Source: Candidatus Micrarchaeota archaeon
Lineage (GTDB): Archaea > Micrarchaeota > Micrarchaeia > Anstonellales > Bilamarchaeaceae
Length of the DNA: 48,867 nt
Reading direction: 5' to 3'
Assembly: GCA_030613375.1 (NCBI GenBank)
Contig: JAUWMC010000003.1
Location: 1-48,867 of the forward strand
The notes under the pieces are model-generated. The model ran no database searches. It worked only from the letters and a program-made list of their open reading frames with translations, and was not told the origin of the DNA. Below are positions 46,328 through 48,867 of the stretch, piece after piece (the stretch's first letter is position 1; each line of letters begins with the position of its first letter). Made by a program: the position numbers and the translations under genes.

Positions 46328-46885
46328 CTATTTGTGGTGCCCCGCATATTTTGCTGCAAACCCGATCATCAGTTGGGAAAGCCCGCTGAAGAGCAAGTCG
46401 ATTCCAAAGAGCAGGCCGATTACCCAAATAGCATCCGAGGGCCAGCCTCCAAGAATCAATGCACCGAGCAACAGGGAGAGCAAACCATCAAAGGTGAGCC
46501 ATTCCCAGTAAACATCCGGCTTAATCTTGAATGCAAGCGCAATCTTGAACATTCCTCCAATTAGGAGGGCGAGCCCAAGCAGAAGGGTAAGCGTAATCTC
46601 GCCCTGGAGCGGATAAACAAGGAACAGCAAACCCACAACAAGGTAGAGGAGCCCTGCAAGGAAAGTAAATAGAAACCCTCCCCATCTCCTCGCCTGGAAG
46701 GCAAGGACAACCTGAGTAAGACCTGCTACGAGCAGGACGATTCCAAAGAGGATCTCAACTGCGAACGTGCCTGCAACCGGGAACATAATTACTGCAAACC
46801 CGAAAAGGAGGAGCAGCATACCGAGTGCAAAGAACCACGCCCACTTCATGTGGAGTTCTTCGGCCAGTGCTTTAGTTTTAGCCAT
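46328..46885 (-). CDS. HdeD/DUF308-family membrane protein
   Basis: W.WF.ALG.LL...G, repeated P..G and W.W...G.LS..LG..I...WP..A.W.IGL..GIDL.F.G; GGTGA SD before ATG 46885. Confidence 0.88.
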   Translation of the reverse strand: MAKTKALAEELHMKWAWFFALGMLLLLFGFAVIMFPVAGTFAVEILFGIVLLVAGLTQVVLAFQARRWGGFLFTFLAGLLYLVVGLLFLVYPLQGEITLTLLLGLALLIGGMFKIALAFKIKPDVYWEWLTFDGLLSLLLGALILGGWPSDAIWVIGLLFGIDLLFSGLSQLMIGFAAKYAGHHK

Positions 46886-47027
46886 TTTCTTCACCTGATG
46901 GAGAATCCAGCTAAATAATATAAATGTTAGTGGAGAGGAGTTTAGTGCGACTAGTAGGCGGTGACCAAACAATACACGACCCAAAGTAGTAGTTGCCCAT
47001 ATTCTAGACTTTTTTATCTGAATTTTC

Positions 47028-47471
47028 CTACTTTGAGCTCACCCATGCAAGTATTCCCAGGGAGATTGTTGCGAAAGCCATGGGGATTATAGCAAAGAGC
47101 CCTTGCTTGCCGAATATTCCAAACATCACGTGAAGGAGGGGATTGCTGCTTATTGCAAATAGCATGAAGGAGATTACTGCGAGCAGTATTCCAAGGGTGA
47201 AGCGGCTTCTTAGCTCCAGGTAATCCTTGAGGTAAATGAACACCAGGTATGCGGAAATCAGGAGCATTATGGAGGAGATAGAGCTCATAATGTAGAGGGA
47301 GCTTTGCTTGACTGCTTCGAGCTCGCGCCTGCTTTCCAGGCCCTTGAATGGGGCAAGTGCATCTGCAACAAAGAATATTCCTATGCAGAGCACTACTGCA
47401 AGCAGCGTAAAGCCCGCTGCCTTAAAACTGTAATTATTTTTTTCTTTTTTTGCTTCCTTTTCTTTTGCCAT
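47028..47471 (-). CDS. Four-TM membrane protein encoded downstream of the wHTH regulator
   Basis: Y..Y...RSRFTLG.L motif, four hydrophobic helices; GGTGA SD inside the regulator's 3' end. Confidence 0.75.
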   Translation of the reverse strand: MAKEKEAKKEKNNYSFKAAGFTLLAVVLCIGIFFVADALAPFKGLESRRELEAVKQSSLYIMSSISSIMLLISAYLVFIYLKDYLELRSRFTLGILLAVISFMLFAISSNPLLHVMFGIFGKQGLFAIIPMAFATISLGILAWVSSK

Positions 47472-47751
47472 TTTTTTCACCTTTCAGGAGTTCCTTGAGG
47501 AACTCGTTCTCTTCCCATTCCGGGCTTATGAAGAATACCTGGCCATAGCCGGTCTTGGGAGTATATATTATGTCATTTTCAATGAGGAGCTCAACATGCC
47601 CCTGGATGGTTTTGTAGTCCAAACTTAGCTCCATGGCAAGCTTCCTTGTGTTCATTGGCTTGCTGTTGAGCACGTTTAGTATGCGTATTCTTGTGGGGCC
47701 TCCCCTGGATGCGTTCAAAAGCCAGTAGAGGACCCTAGTCCTGGAATCCAT
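47434..47751 (-). CDS. ArsR-like winged-helix regulator
   Basis: L.WL...SRGG.TR.RI...L...P.N...LA..L.LDYKTI..H...L.....I......YG..FF; TTTAAA 30 nt upstream. Confidence 0.88.
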   Translation of the reverse strand: MDSRTRVLYWLLNASRGGPTRIRILNVLNSKPMNTRKLAMELSLDYKTIQGHVELLIENDIIYTPKTGYGQVFFISPEWEENEFLKELLKGEKNGKRKGSKKRKK

Positions 47752-47881
47752 CCAAAGAGGTTAGACCGGGTAGAGTTTAAAAAAGTAGGGAATATTCCGG
47801 CGTAATTTGGGGTTTATTTGGATAAAAAATCGGAAAAATCCTTTATAAAAAGCCTGCTTTTTCCATAGCAGGTGATACCAT

Positions 47882-48445
47882 ATGAATGGAAAACTAGCAG
47901 CATCCGTTCTTGCAATTTTCTGCCTGTTTGGCATGACTTTTGCAGGATTCGGAATGGATAAAGGAATGGAAGGGGAGCGCGAAGAGCTTCCCCTGGAAAT
48001 AAGGGCCAATTTCATGCAGGCAATGCATGAAGGAAATTATGATAAGGCCATGGAGCTCCATGAGGAGTACGGGATTGGTGGAAAAAAGATGGAGCACGCA
48101 ACCCCTGAGATGTTTGAGCTGAGGGGAGAAATCTTCTCTGCACAGATTGCAGGAGACTGGCTTGAGGCAGTAACGCTTCAGGATAAGATCATGGAACTTG
48201 TAAGAGCGACTGTGCAGGCTCACTTCCAAGAAAGGAATGAGGAATGCAAAGCCTTTATGGAAAATGAAGAAGTTCAGGAGCTCATGAAGGAAGCGCACGA
48301 GGCAATGGAATCAGGAGACATTGGGAAGGCAAAGGAAATCCGCGAACAGCTCAAGGAGATCGTGCCTGAAGAGTGTGCAAAACCAGGAATGAGGCTGCAC
48401 AAAAGGGGAAGGGGAATGCAAATGCAGCCCTCTATTGTGGAGTAA
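47882..48445 (+). CDS. Secreted Met/Glu/His-rich helical-repeat protein
   Basis: Signal peptide (LAASVLAIFCLFGMTFA), three A...G(N/D)...A..(L/I) helical hairpins; TTTATAAA promoter and GGTGA SD. Confidence 0.8.
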   Translation: MNGKLAASVLAIFCLFGMTFAGFGMDKGMEGEREELPLEIRANFMQAMHEGNYDKAMELHEEYGIGGKKMEHATPEMFELRGEIFSAQIAGDWLEAVTLQDKIMELVRATVQAHFQERNEECKAFMENEEVQELMKEAHEAMESGDIGKAKEIREQLKEIVPEECAKPGMRLHKRGRGMQMQPSIVE

Positions 48446-48510
48446 TCCACAATTCCCTTTTTTCTTTTATTTTTCAGGATTAGAAAAAGAAAAAATAAAG
48501 AAAGAAAAAT
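48446..48510. terminator. Bidirectional T-rich/A-rich terminator region
   Basis: T-tract after the 48445 stop and a complementary A-tract after the convergent 48511 stop. Confidence 0.5.
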
Positions 48511-48756
48511 CTATTTCTTCTCAAACCTATTGTAGAGCCAGGCAAATGCATAGCATCCAATGAAACCATCTATGAATCCGTAAATAAGGCCGAGAATGCT
48601 GCCTACGAACCCTTCAGTATATCCAAGATAAAGAGTTCCTAGCCCATTAATAAGTCCTGTTGCGAGTCCGGTCAGTCCGAGCAAAGCCATGGAAAATACG
48701 GCAATGCCCCAGATTAACCCTCCTGCAATACCAAACGCTTTTGGGTTTAAAGCCAT
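48511..48756 (-). CDS. Small two-TM membrane protein (family often labelled holin-like)
   Basis: L..KAFG.A.G.IWG, LY.GY....GS..G...GF.DG.IG...FAWLYN pattern; holin function is unproven. Confidence 0.75.
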   Translation of the reverse strand: MALNPKAFGIAGGLIWGIAVFSMALLGLTGLATGLINGLGTLYLGYTEGFVGSILGLIYGFIDGFIGCYAFAWLYNRFEKK

Positions 48757-48867
48757 ACGATCGCCAAGTGCATAAATAATTCAAGATTTTTTATTTTTAG
48801 GCTGGTGGTTTTGAAACTTTAGAATCATTAAAAACAGGGGAACCAATCGGGTAAAACCAACACGTAT

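Noticed and set aside
46294-46359. Hydrophobic N-terminal extension of the HTH_10 regulator (membrane anchor)
   Set aside because: It is translation of the T-rich terminator/promoter spacer and the hdeD end; GTG 46293 is the more plausible start.
24332-46993. Shared 11-mer AAAGTAGTAGT at 24332 and 46983 as a TrmB regulon site
   Set aside because: The second copy lacks the palindromic half, and an 11-bp match is expected by chance in AT-rich spacers.
48511-48756. Prophage inferred from the holin-like gene
   Set aside because: No capsid, terminase, integrase or lysin genes; the family label is not evidence of a virus.

Overview
Archaeal chromosomal segment, most likely from a DPANN lineage (Micrarchaeota-like; inferred from the divergent 16S 5' end, compact gene packing and orphan gene style). 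It begins with the 5' end of a 16S rRNA gene (minus strand) and a divergently transcribed 1601-aa secreted orphan whose C-terminal half looks like a very large amphipathic beta-barrel. A housekeeping core follows: ABCE1, Alba, ND-AspRS, carA-carB-argF-argS, aIF2beta-aIF1A-Rio1, ahcY, an MTA/SAH deaminase, uL1-uL10-P1, the SBDS-exosome-eL43-Rpo12-Pcc1-PfdB-DHH superoperon and purA. This core also carries two toxin-antitoxin pairs (HTH-MNT/HEPN and RelBE-like), each with a clear palindromic operator. After tRNA-Ser(UGA) comes an accessory-looking region with a membrane-tethered PLP enzyme, a solo VirD4/HerA-like ATPase, a translationally coupled four-gene array of Cys-rich beta-solenoid-like paralogs behind a Bat-type HTH regulator and palindrome, and a putative envelope-stress cluster. 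Top leads are the giant beta-barrel-like protein, the Cys-rich paralog operon, an unannotated Rpo12 (RpoP) that has lost all four zinc ligands, and the PLP-enzyme/TM/extracellular-domain fusion. All family assignments come from motif recognition by eye; no searches were run.
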